A stretch of 64,000 nucleotides of DNA from Mobula hypostoma (lineage: Eukaryota): positions 112,160,001 to 112,224,000 of the forward strand of contig NC_086107.1 of NCBI RefSeq assembly GCF_963921235.1. The letters are read 5' to 3'. The position numbers were made by a program, and so were the translations under genes. The notes under the pieces were generated by a model, which was not told the DNA's origin, searched no databases, and saw nothing but the letters and a program-made list of their open reading frames with translations. This document shows positions 12,548 through 24,937 of this stretch, piece by piece (positions within the stretch are counted from its first letter, which is position 1; every line of letters begins with the position of its first letter).

Positions 12548-13890
12548 GTAAGTATCTAATTTCTCCGTTCACCTGGTAGCATTACGGTCAGCTTCAGATT
12601 TATTTATCACATGTACATAGAAACGTGCAGTAAAATTTGTCCTTTGTGTTAACAACCAACACATCTGAGGGTGTGCTGGGGGCAGCCCACAACTGTCGCC
12701 ACACATTCTGACGCCAATGTAGCACACCCATAGTTCCCGGCAGCATAACAAAGAACACAACAAGCGACGAAAACAACAACAGCAAACAAAGTCTATATAT
12801 ACACACACACACACACACTCCTGCAACCCCAGGACAGACCTCCGTTTCTCCAGTCTCCAGGCTTCAGCCAGTGGGCTTCAACTTCCCATCAATCTTAGGG
12901 CTTCATTGTTTGGTATTGAGCCCCGGACCAGCTGATGACAGGATGTCGAACTCCACCCTTGTGTCTCCTGCTCACACAGACGTCCGATCCTGGGACAGCC
13001 CAGTATCCACAGGTGTCTTTCATCAGCCGTCCTTATCACTGGCCTGCGAGCATGGAGCAGAACAGCATTGCCTGCTTCTCTGGCCTTTGGGCCCAGAACA
13101 GAGGCCGAGACTCGTCGGATCATTTCAGTGGTGCAGTGTGTTTTGTTCCTGTTTAAAAATAAACAGATAACCTTTGGTGAACCAAGCATTATAATATCCC
13201 ATATACAGTATAGTACTTAAGCCTACTACCCTTACTGGGGCATAGGCCGTCCACAGCAGATCATCAGAGTCCTCTGACCTGGGCCAATCTTTCACGTTGT
13301 CCCCAGGTGTAACTCACCTTCTTGCTGTCAGCTTCCAGGCAAAGAGCTTTCCTCTCCCAGGGATGATGTCTTTGGAGCTTCTTTTGGTGTTTCTGTAGCT
13401 CTGAGATTTTACAGGATGGAGTTGCTAACCCCACCATTCCTAACCCCCCCCCCCCACTTCCACATCTAGGCTTGGACTGTCTATGACAGAGTTCCCACAA
13501 AGAGTCATAGACGAGTACAGCACAGAAACAGGCCCTTTGGCCCATCTAGTCCATGCTGAGCCACATACAGGCTGCGTCCCATTTTATTTGAACCTTACAG
13601 ATTTTTTGTTGCCCTTATTGTGTTTGTCCAGTAAGATCTCTGCCAGTTTTGAGAGCAACGGGGGGTCAGAAGAAACAACTGTCAGGGTTTTCAAAGCTAT
13701 CTGCAGCACAGTGACCTGTCCCAGTATCAATTAGCCGTTGCTTTTCAATCTATTTCAATCCTTGTCAATGCTTCCTGAGCTTATACTTTTAATGAAGTGG
13801 ATTGCTGTCAGAATTTTCTGAGGAAACTTGAATTTATTTCCGCAGTGTTCTCTCCGAAGTTGATTGATGTTTACTCCACTTTTCGGTGCT

Positions 13891-14115
13891 CTGAGGCCAA
13901 GGCTGTGGCCTGTCCCAGGCTTCGTGTCTGCAGGCTCTGCGACGTTTGCTCTGCTCTATACTGAACTGAGAACGAGGCTGTGACCTGTTCCAGGCTTCGT
14001 GTCTGCGGGCTCTGCGACGTTTACTCTGCTCTGTACCGAACTGAGGCTGAGGCTGTGGCCTGTTCCAGGCTTCGTGTCTGCGGGCTCTGCGATGTTTACT
14101 CTGCTATGTGCTGAA
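13891..14115 (+). repeat. Tandem repeat, 3 x 75 bp
   Basis: Units start at 13891, 13966 and 14041 (ctgagg..aggctgtggcctgttccaggcttcgtgtctgc…ctgaa). Confidence 0.9.
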
Positions 14116-14321
14116 CTTTGTGTCTCAGGACTCACCTCATTCTAAATGCTATTTGCTTACTTTTATTGTTTGCACAATTTTTTTTTCTCTCTCTCTGCAC
14201 ATTGGGTGTTTGACAATCTTTTTTTTAAATGGGTGCTTTTGGGGTTTCTTGTTTTGTGGCTGCCTGTAAGGATACAAATCCTTAAATTAATGGTTTGTTG
14301 ACTATCAATGCTCTTTGGCAG

Positions 14322-14433
14322 GTCGAAAAAGGACCCTCGTCTCTATCTGGTCTACGCTCATGATTCCCATGCCCTGTCTCAGTCTTTTGACGAGTTGCAG
14401 CTGTTCGATGAGCATTCCTCCGATCTGGTGTCA
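14322..14433 (+). CDS. TBC1D17: TBC1D17 exon 6 (SKKDPRLYLVYAHDSHALSQSFDELQLFDEHSSDLVS)
   Basis: ggcag| and |gtgagt, 112 nt, phase 2-0. Confidence 0.94.
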
Positions 14434-16924
14434 GTGAGTAATTCTGTTTGCCTGAAGCTTCTTTTTTGGTGGGGACCAGACAGGATTTAATCAATATCCA
14501 TTTTGTGAGGTCTTCATGCATATTGTGCATTTTGATCTCTGTTGAATGCCAGCAGCACCAGTGTTTACTGCAGTCATATCTACTTTCAGAAAGAAACCAT
14601 TTGGGGTTAAGCATTTTGCCCACCCAAGTGAAACAAACAAAGCTATGTTTAGACAAGAACAGTTTCAATAATAGCGAGTCCATGTCAGTTCAAGCACTCC
14701 CAGGTCAGGAACAACATCAGTTGAACACAGCATAACGCTCCCTCAAACCTGTCCCAACATAGAACAGTGTAGCACTGGAATAGGTCATTCAGCCCACACT
14801 GTTTTGCCTGACCAATTAAGTTAGTCATCAAACCGCTAACTAATCCTTTCCACCTACATAATGTACATATCCTTCCATTTTCCTCACGTTCACATGCCTA
14901 TCCAAATGTCTCTTAAAAGTCCCTAATATTTCTGCTTCGACCACCACAACAGGCACCCACCACTCTCTATGCTTAAACAAAGGTCTTGTCCCTCACATCT
15001 CCTTTGAACTTACCTTAAATGCATGCCCTCTGGTAGTAGACATTTCATACCTGGGGAATAAAGATACTGTCTGTCTGCGCTATCTGTGCCTCTCATAATC
15101 TAGAGAACCTCTATTTGGTCTTTCCTCAGCCTCAGCCTCTCCAGAGGAAAAAAAAACCCATGTTTGTCCAACCAGGTACACCCTCTAATCCTGGCGACAT
15201 CCTTGCAAACCTCTTCTGCACCCTCTCCAAAGCTCGACAGCTTTTCTATTATGGGGTGACCAGAACTGTGTGCAATACTCCAGATACGGCCTAACTAGAG
15301 TTTTATAAAGCTGCAGTGTAACTTCCTGATTTTTTTAACTCAATGCCTTGACTAATAAGCAAGCATTCCATATGCCTTCTTAACCATCTTATTGACCTGT
15401 CTAGCCACTTTCAAAGAACTATGAACTTGGACCCTAAGATCACTCTGCTCATCACATATCTCTGTCTTCTTCATGTGCCTTGCGCGTTACACGCTTGGGC
15501 GATCATGGCTTTCCACATCGAACGATCCCACACAGCGTCAATGATATCTCGCACACTTAGATCTGTTAGTTCTTTCACAGTCCATATATTTTCTTCTTTG
15601 CCTTCTTCTTCCGCGTTGCCCAGGCATACGGCCTTGTAATGTAAGGCATTCTATTTCTCCCTTTCTGATGACATGGCTCAGGAATTTGTACTGTACTGTA
15701 TAAATTTACCATCTCTTTACATTTGACCTACCATGGTACAAGACTTCATGTTTATCTGGGTTAAACTCCATTTGCCATTTCTCTGTCCGTGTCTGCAACT
15801 GATCTATATCCCGTTTTATTCCTTGCCAGTCTTCCACGGTATCCACAACACCACCAATCTTTGTATCATCTGCAAAACTTTAATAACCCACCCTTCTACA
15901 TTTTCATCCAGGTCATTTATATACGTCACAAATTACTTCCAGGACAAGGAAAACAGAGTAAAATATCCATTGTAATTTCTTCAATTGATTAGTAACATCA
16001 TTAGCAACAACCCTTGAACACTCTTTTCACCTGGTTATTTAATTTTTTGTATATATTTTTTATTTGAACTTGTAGTATATTTGATGTATTGCTGCTGCAA
16101 AACAATAAATTTCACGATGTATCTGTCATAATAAACCTGATTCTGAACCAATATGGCTGTTCTTGGGCTCTCTCATTATGTGTGTGATGGGGGGAGGGGA
16201 GGGGGTACTCAGTTTAATTCACATTCTACCAAACCTTAGTGAATATAGACACATTTTTTTCAATCCATAAGAGCACAAGACATAGGAGCAGAATTGGGCT
16301 CTTTGGCCCACCAAGTCTGCTCTGCCATCATATCGTGGCTGATTTATTATCTCTCTCAATCCCATTCTTCTGTCTTAACCTTTGGCACCCTAATGAATTA
16401 AGAACCTAGCAGCCTCTGCTTTAAATATACCTAATCACTTTGGCTCCACAGCCGTCTGTGGCAATGAATTCCACAGGTCCACCACCCTCGGGCTGAAGAA
16501 ATTCCTCCTCATCTCTGTTCTATAAAGGGACGTCCTTCCATTATGAGGCTGTGCCCTCTGGTCTTCAACTTTCCCACTAGAAGAAACAATCTCTCCACAT
16601 CCACTCCATCTGAACCTTTCAGTATTCAATAGGTTTCAATGAGAACCCCCCACCCCCATTCTTCTAAACTCAGTGAGCACAGGCCCAGAGACATCAAACG
16701 CTCCTCATACATTAACTCTTTCATTCCTGGAGTCATTTTCCTGAGCCTCTTCAGGACCCCCTCCAATTTGAAAATCTAACCCTCTCATTTTACCCTCTCC
16801 AATATGAAGAAATCCCTCTCCACCAATCCCTGAAGAAATTGATCACATGGATTTTAGTTACAACCCTCTGGGGCACTGATAGGGGAATCGGAAAAGTGCA
16901 AGAGATTGGGGCCGTACACAAGAG

Positions 16925-17190
16925 GACAGCATGGTAGTTTAACAGTTAGCGCGGTCCTATTACAGCTCTGAGCGTTCCAGAGTTCAAAGTTCAATCCCAG
17001 CGCCATTCTGTAAGGAATCTCTGTATGTCCACCCTATAAAATGTGTGGCTTTTCCTCTGGTACTCTGGTTTCCTCCCACTGTCCAAAGATGTACCGCTTA
17101 GTAGGTTAATTGATTACTACTATTAGGCAAGGGTTAAATGGGGGTTTGCTAGAGCAGCATAACTCAAAGGGCCAGGAGGGCATGTATCTC
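16925..17190 (+). mobile_element. tRNA-derived SINE (HE1-like)
   Basis: A/B-box-like head and ggtttcctcccac..tccaaaga core. Homologues at ~346-620, 23455-23655, 48230-48475 and 50420-50710 (+), and ~18715-18915, 29445-29720, 37262-37535 and 45595-45895 (-). Confidence 0.8.
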
Positions 17191-17269
17191 AAAGAGGGCT
17201 GGTTCAGTTGTTGTGTGTCACTCAGTGATTCTAGGTGAAAACATTCAGCATTGCTCTTTCTTCCTGCAG

Positions 17270-17443
17270 CGTTTCATACACGACCCTTACGCTGCGACTT
17301 TTGGCAGCTTTTCCAAGGTGACCAATTTCCTGCGTGATGCTCTGCGGCCCCCAGATGGTCCCCGCCATCGTCCGATACGTGAGACGGCAACGGGGATAGA
17401 CATAGACCAGCAGGATGAGCCAGGCTTCGAGGTCATCAGCTGC
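17270..17443 (+). CDS. TBC1D17: TBC1D17 exon 7 (RFIHDPYAATFGSFSKVTNFLRDAL…DEPGFEVISC), includes LIR-like FEVI
   Basis: tgcag| and |gtaagt, 174 nt, phase 0-0. DPY..TF..FS.VTNF and EPGFEVI motifs. Confidence 0.95.
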
Positions 17444-17459
17444 GTAAGTTGGCATATAT

Positions 17460-17735
17460 TATTTATTTGGAGTTACAAACCGGAATAGGCCTTTCAAGCT
17501 GCACCACCCAGCGACACCTGACAACCCCGATTTAAACCCAATCTTATCACGGGACAATTTACAATGGCCAATTAACCTACCCGGTATGTCTTTGGTCTGT
17601 GGGAGGAAACCGGAGCATCGGGAGAAAACCCACACACACTCCATGGAGAACTCCTTACAGAGGACACCGGCGTTGAACTCTGAACTCCGACACCCTGAGC
17701 TGTAATAGTGCCGCACTAACCACTGCGACACCATG
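17460..17735 (-). mobile_element. tRNA-derived SINE (HE1-like), inverted relative to 16925-17190
   Basis: tctttggtctgtgggaggaaaccggagca is the reverse complement of the SINE core. Confidence 0.8.
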
Positions 17736-18234
17736 TAAGTTTGTAAGGTGGTGACAAGGTTAGCAGAGACCAGCAAATGTACATCTTTATATCATTATAT
17801 CCCCCATAATGTAAGTTTTTTCCACTGTTGGGTGGGACTACAACTAGAGGTCATAGGTTAAGGGTGAAATGTTTAAGGGGAAACTACTTCACTCGGAGGG
17901 CCGTGAGAGTGTGGAGCAAGCTGCCAGCACAAATGGCTCGATTTCAACATTTAAGAGAAGTTTGTATAGGTACCTGGGTGGCAGAGGTATGGAGGACTAT
18001 GGTCCCGGTGCGGGTCGATGGGAGTAGGCAACTTAAATGGCTCGGCACAGACTAGATGGGCCGAAGGGCCTTTTTCTGTGCTGTATTTTTTTATAAAGTA
18101 AAAGTGATATTGGAAAGTCTCTGCTTCTTGTCCTTCGCTCTCATGTTGCGGCACAGAAATGGCCAGTAGGATAATGCTGGTGTTTAGGCTCTCGGTTAGT
18201 TTTCTCTTAGTCTAACAACCTATTCTGTGCAATG

Positions 18235-18700
18235 CACACAACATGCTGCAAAGACTCAGCAGGTCATGCAGCATTTATGGAGAGGGATAAACAGCCAACA
18301 TTCCGGGCTGAGACCCTTCATCAGGACTGGAGTGGAAGGGGGAAGGAGCCAGGAAAAGAAGTGGGGGAGGGGAAGGAGTACAAGCTGTCAGGCGGAAGGT
18401 GAGACCGGGTGAGAGGGAAGGAAGTTGGGTGGGAACAAAGTAAGAAGCTTGGAAGTGATAGGTGGAAGGGAGAAAGGGCTGAAGAAGGAGGAAACTGATA
18501 GGAGAGCGGACCACGGGAGAAAGGGAAGGAGGAGGGGCACCAGGAGAAGTGATGGGCTGGTGAGAAAAGAAGGGAGCCGGAATGGGGAGTGGAGAAAGGG
18601 AGAAATTACTGGAAGTTGGAGAAATCACTGTTCATCCCATTGGGTTGGAGCCTACCCAGACAATATGAGGGTTGCTCCTATCTGAGAGTGGCCTCATCTC
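18235..18700 (-). mobile_element. Penelope-like element 3' remnant
   Basis: Same tail and purine-rich block as 7535-8000. Related copies at ~44690-45185 (+), 52415-52835 (-) and 57110-57415 (+). Confidence 0.75.
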
Positions 18701-19328
18701 TTGAGATAACAACATATTTATGTATTAATTCATTGAGACACAGTGCGGAATAGGCCCTTTGGCCCTTTGAACTGTACTACCCAGCAATCCCCCAGTTTAA
18801 CCCGAGCCTAATCACGGGACAATTTGCATTGACCAATTAACCTACCAACCGGTACATCTTTGGACTGTGGGTACATTCACAAGGAGAACGTACAAACTCC
18901 TTACAGGCAGCAACGGTATGTTGGAAATTTCAGGGGATTTGCCAGGATGCTGCTCGGATTAAAGACTATGTCTTATGAGGATAGGTTGAGTGATCTAGGG
19001 CTGTACTTTGGAGTGAAGGAGGATGAGAGATGTGTAAGATGATTACGGGCATTTATAGAATGGACAGCTGGAGACTTTTTCTCAGGGTGGAAATGGCTAA
19101 TACGAGGGGCATAATTTCAGAGTAATTGGAGAGTGTGGGGGAGATGTCAGGGATAGGTTTTTTTTACACAGAGTGGTGGGTGTGTGGAACAACAGCCAGG
19201 GGTTGTCATAGAGGCAGATGCATTAGTGCAGGAGTTCCCAATCTGGGGTCCACGTAAGGCTCCATGGCATTAAAAAGGTTGGGAACCTCTGTATTAGGGA
19301 CATTTAAGAGTCTCTTAGATAGGTACAT

Positions 19329-19692
19329 CAGACATCCCACCCTGCAAACGCTCATTTCAGGGAGATAGCACCATCAGTTTGCGGGAGACTCCCAGAACTT
19401 CCGAGAGAGGTGGGATGTCTGCAATAGAGTAGCTCCTTAGCAGCTAGCCAGCTAGTTTAAATAACGTTAGCTATGCTAATAAACGAATGACACCTGTTAA
19501 ACTCACCTCAACATGTCTTTTACAGTCTTAACCCACCATGGGCAATAGAAAAGTCACTGTTGCAAACAGTGCAGCGAGCAACACTGTCATTATTTTTGAC
19601 CCCTATTAGGCAGGGGTGCACTTTAGTGTAATCTGGGGTTACATACGTTTTGTATTGGAACACACTGCCATGGTGCGCGTTCTCTCTCTCTC

Positions 19693-19761
<69 letters not shown>

Positions 19762-19944
19762 GTCTATCTCTATCTCTCTCTCTCTCTCTGTCTATCTCTA
19801 TCTCTATCTCTCTATCTCTCTATCTCTCTATCTCTCTATCAAAAAAATTGATTTCCGGGATACTGTATATAATTTACGGGCATCAGGGAGCCACTATTAA
19901 TATGCGGGAGACTCCCGGAACTTCCGGGAGAGGTGGGATGTCTG
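19329..19944. mobile_element. TIR DNA transposon derivative (unclassified) inserted in a CR1 tail
   Basis: TIRs CAGACATCCCACC/GGTGGGATGTCTG. 7-bp duplication ggtacat/ggtacct. Internal (TC)n/(TCTA)n tract at ~19680-19840. Confidence 0.75.
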
Positions 19945-22328
19945 GGTACCTGAATGAAAGAAAAACGGAGGGCTTTAGGGGAAGGGAAGTGTTAGATTGA
20001 TCTTAGAGTAAGTTAAAAGATCGGCATACCATCGTGAGCTGAAGTGCCAGAACTGTGCTGTTCTGTGTTCCCTCTCAGCCGGTATTAGTTGAAATTATTG
20101 TTCAATAAATTTTAAAATGTCTATAGTGCTGCATATTGCTGGTCTGCAAGAGATAGGGAGTCCTGCATTGTGAGTGTGTTACTGTTTGAAAGCTGCGTTA
20201 ACAGTAGTGAAGATACAGGACGAGAAATGCATCTTTGATCACCAGTGTTAAATTGATGGATTGACATCAACTGCAGTCTGCACATTTAGTCCATCTGAAG
20301 TCACTGGAACCAGATGTGTAGCAGGCGAATACTCATATACTTGTTTAACATGCATAATTAAAGTCTAGTTTCTCTTCTCCAGTCTCGTATTGATGAAGAT
20401 CCCAGGCTCTATAATCCTTTCACTCTAGCAACATGCTGATTTTTCAATGATTCAAAGTAAATTTATTATCAAATAATGTATAAATTATACAACCTTGAGA
20501 TTTTTCTGCTTACAAGTAGCCACAAAGCAAGAATCCTGAAAGAATCCAATTTTAAAAAAAAGTAAAGACCAACCCCCAATGCGCAGAGAAAGGAAAAAAA
20601 ACACAAATCATACAAACAATCAAAGCAAGCAATGGCATTCAGAACCAAATTGAGTCCAAGTCCCCAGAGCAAGCGGAGTAGCCCCAAAGCCTCGGTCTCA
20701 GTTCATCATATTTGTGGGGCAAATTGCTGCAAAGCTCTCAGACACGAAGCACAGCAGCCGGGGCAGTCTCACAACCTCAACGCAAAACCGTCCCAATCCT
20801 CCTCTCCGGCCTTTCCAGTCTCTCCAGGCCAGCGTTTAAATTGACCAAATAGCCGATCGTGCCTCGCATTTGGACCGGGGCCCTGCCGCAGCGATACACT
20901 TACGCAATTGTATCGCCTCATGTTCTTGCTGCCCGGTATGCCATCTTCTTCCTGACTCTTGATGCAGAAAATCAGAATATATATATCAAATAGTCAAAAT
21001 TTGGCAGGACTAGCACAGTAGGGCTGCTACCTCAGCAATTCCATCAACTCTCCCTGGATTTGATCCTGACCTCCAGTGCAGTCCGTTTGGAGCTACACAT
21101 TTACAGAGCCAAAGCGTTGCCACAGGGAATGGTAGAAACTGCAGTGTTTTAAAGACATTCGGATGGGTTAATACTGTAGACGAGAAAGTTTCGGCTCAAA
21201 TGCAGGTAGATGGGACCAGCTGAGGAAGGCACCTATGTCAGTATGAATGAGCTGTGCTGGTTTCTGTACTGTATTAACCTGAAGCTGTCTGACCACATGA
21301 CCAAAGACGTGCTGATAGATAAGATAATTGTTCACTGGGAGTTGCCTTTGGTGTGCAGGTAAGGGATAAAAGCTTGATGGCAAGTGGGGAATGTGGATTT
21401 CTGGGATTGAAAAGCTTATCATATGAGGAGTGTTCATGGCTCTGATCCTCTACTGACTGGAATTCAGAAGAAAGAGGGGTGATGTCATTGAAACCTATCG
21501 GATGTTGAAAGGCCTCAGAGTGGATGTGGAGAGGATATTTCCTATGGCAGGAGAGTCTAAGACCACAGCCTCAAAATAGAGGGGTGTCCTTTTAGAATGG
21601 AAGTGAAGAGCAATTTCTTCAGTCAGAGGGTAGTGAATCTGTGGAATTCATCACCACAGGCAGCTGTGGAGGCCAAGTCACTGGACATACTTAAGGAAGA
21701 GGTTGATAGATTTTTTATGAGTCGGGGCATAAAGGGATATGGGGAGAAGACAGGAGATTGGGTCTGTGAGGGAAAATGGATCTGTCATGGTGGAGTAGAC
21801 TCGATGGGCCAAGTGCCCTAAATCTGCTCCTATATCTTATGGATGTTGATGCGAATGGGGGCAGAATGGGCTACAGGGAAAGTTAGTGACAGAACAGTTG
21901 GAAAGGCTGAATGGTCAACATCTTACAGAAACATAGAAATAATCTGATTGGGTGCACTGTTTCCTCCAAGCTGCGCGATAACTGAAATGCTGCCACGCAC
22001 GTAGCCTTTGTTGCTGCACAGCTGGAATTTTCTTCTATCTCAAGCAATCTCAACATTTTGTTTTAATGCCGTGGACCAATACTATTAAGAAAGGGGTCCG
22101 TGAATGTTTTATTAAAGTGTCGCGCAGTTTTCGGGCTGTATTTTTAAAACAAAATAGTGCTCAGAGCAACGGTAGGTCCATGCAGCTGCAAAAACAAGGC
22201 AAAGGGGATGTTGCAACACACACAAAGTGCTGGAGGAACCCAGCAGGCCAGGCAGCATCAATGGAAAGGAGTAGACGGTTGACTTTTTAGACCGAGACCC
22301 TTCATCAGGAGGGGAAATTAAGAGGTGG

Positions 22329-23254
22329 TGTCACGTACCCTGTGATGGGGATAAAGAATCAGCAGAGATGGAAAACACTTTGGAGTCTAGTATTGCTATA
22401 AGCTAGTAATATTTATTAGTAACTACGCAGTACAGTAATATAAGTGTAGATAAATCAAACAGGTTAGCAATGATTTTATATATATATATGTATATGTAAG
22501 TATATCAGTAAGTGTGGAAATATATGTATGAAAAACCAAGCTTCTTTAAGCCTAGGGATAAAAAGATAGTTTTACGATGATGAGTAAAGTTCAGTTCAGT
22601 TTGTGGTATTGAGTTGAGTTGAGTAGTGATGGAGAGAGAGGGAGAGATTTGAGTCTTCAGGTGAGCTAACGCCATCGATCTTTTCGTTGTCCTTCGAAAT
22701 CCTTTAAAAGTCACCGGCTGTGACTTTAACAAAGGGGACCGGTTTTCTGTGGTGGAGCTATCCCCCAGGCGAGGGTGGACACATGGACAACTCCCGACCA
22801 GTCAACCCTTTTCCTCTTTCCACTGCAAGAGCGATGGATCGATTTGCCTGATCGATCCTCGAAAACCTACTTTTCCTGCGGGCACAACAATGCTCATTCA
22901 GTATCCGAACATGTGTCTGAGGTCTGTATCATCTGACCTCCTATTTTATCTTCCTGTACTGAGCATCAACTGTCATTCAAATACTCCTTCCTTCCTTTGT
23001 CTGTGATGAAATGCAAGCAGGCAAAAATCCTTGAAGAAAGTGTCAACAACCTGCCCTCGGTCACCATAACAACTTTCAAGCTGCTCGGTGCCATCTCTCT
23101 CCAATTCAGCAGACATCCAAAAGTTAACCAGTTCTTAAAGTGACAGTCCAACAGTTAGTCTTCATCTCTCTCTCTTTTCCAAACAAGCTATCGATGGTAA
23201 ATAACTCTCTTTTCAAAAGCACAGTTAATAGTGGTACTTCAGGATTCCCTCACA
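22329..23254 (-). mobile_element. Solo LTR (Gypsy-like)
   Basis: TG…CA ends, perfect 4-bp TSD gtgg (22325-22328 and 23255-23258), no coding content. Splits a Penelope remnant. Confidence 0.75.
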
Positions 23255-23725
23255 GTGGTAAGAGTAAGAAGGTGGGGGAGGGGAGAAAGAAGTGCAAGGT
23301 GGTAGGTGACAGGAGGAATGTAGATTGGGTGGGGCGGGGCGGGTGCTGACTGATGTGGAACCTACACATCAGTATTGACCTAAAAGGCCTAACAGTTATT
23401 TCTGTGCTGTGTATTGAGTAATATGAAGCACAAATAGAAATCTCGCATGATCTGGGTGGCATAGCAGTTAGTGTGCCAGCAATGTGGGTTCAAATCTAGC
23501 CACTGTCTATAAAGAGTTTTGAATGTTCTCCCCGTGACTGCTTGGGTTTCCTCCAGGTGCTCCAATTTCCCCTCGCTTTCTAAAGGCATGCATGGGTGTA
23601 ACTGGGCACTGTGGGCCCCTTTGGAGGGGGCCTGTTACTGCGCTGTATTTCTAAGTAAAGATCACTTAAAGCAGAGGTTCCGCACATACACACCTCAAAC
23701 TTTTTCTTTATATCCTTCTTACTAG

Positions 23726-23857
23726 CAAGCTGATCTTGGCCAGAGACCGACAGTGCAGCGGCAGGAGACTCTAACGGCTGCAGAGTGGGCGAAACATCTG
23801 GACCCAGAAGGAAGAGTTCGGGATGTGGAGGAACTGAAGAAGAAGATTTTTAAAGGA
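23726..23857 (+). CDS. TBC1D17: TBC1D17 exon 8 (QADLGQRPTVQRQETLTAAEWAKHLDPEGRVRDVEELKKKIFKG)
   Basis: actag| and |gtaggt, 132 nt, phase 0-0. LG.RPTV.R...EW..H..PEGR motif. Confidence 0.93.
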
Positions 23858-23987
23858 GTAGGTAGATTCTTTCATTCATTCATTATCAGATTCCGTATTT
23901 ACGTCTAAAACATTTCATGCCATTATTGCAAAGTATCATTTACCTGTCTTAATTGCAGGTTGATAACACAAATAAAACAGAAATTTG

Positions 23988-24483
23988 CACTCAGTGGCCA
24001 CTTTATGAGGTACCTCCTGTACCTAATAAAGTGGCCACTGAGTGTGTGTTCGTGGTCTTCTGCATGTTCAATATGTTGTGCATTCAGAGATGTGCTTCTG
24101 CACACCACTGTTGTAACGGGTGGTTACTTGAGTTACTGTCAGCTTGAACCAGTTTGCCCCTGTTCGCTGACCTCTCTCATTATCAAGGCATTTTCACCTT
24201 GTATTACTGGATGTTATTTGTTTCTCCCACCATTCTCTGTAAACTCTAGACACTTGTGTGTGAAAATCTCAGAAGATCAGCAGTTTCTGAGATACTCAAA
24301 CCACCCTATCTGGCACCAACAATCATTCCACGGTTAAAGTCACTTTTCTTTCCCAATTCTGATGTTTGTTCTGAACAACAACTGAACCACTTGACCAGGT
24401 CTGCATGCCTTTGTACATTGAGTTGCTGCCACATGACTGGCTGATTAGCAAGCAGGCGTACCTCATCGACTGGCCACTGAGAG
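23988..24483 (-). mobile_element. Tc1-like derivative with terminal TIR-TIR hairpin
   Basis: Reverse-complement homologue of 51748-52305. Palindrome at 23988-24044. Confidence 0.82.
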
Positions 24484-24937
24484 TAGAGTAATTTTGATTG
24501 GATCTTGTATTAAGAATAGAGCATGCTGCAGAAAGTGCAAGTGGTTCTGTGGTTCAGAACCCAAAATATTTTTAAATGTTCTGCCAACTGAGGGATTTGT
24601 GATTGGAGGTAAAAAAAAATGTCACTGAGGTAAAAGAACTGATTGAATTACAGAGTAGGCACAAGGAATTGAATGACCTTGTGCTGCCTCTCTCTAGTGT
24701 GTTCACTGAATTGTTCTCTCAAGAGATGAATGCAAGCTCTACCGTCTTGAGGCAAAGAAGTTTAAAAGTTTAAGAGGATATTGAAACATAAACTCTTAGA
24801 AGTCATAGAGTCGTAGTCACCGAGTTATAGAATGCTACAGCAGAGAAGCAAAGCCTTTGGCCTGTCTAGTCCATGCTAACTATTATTCTGCCTCTTCCCC
24901 TCGACCTGCACCTGGACCAGAGTCCTCCATACCCCTC

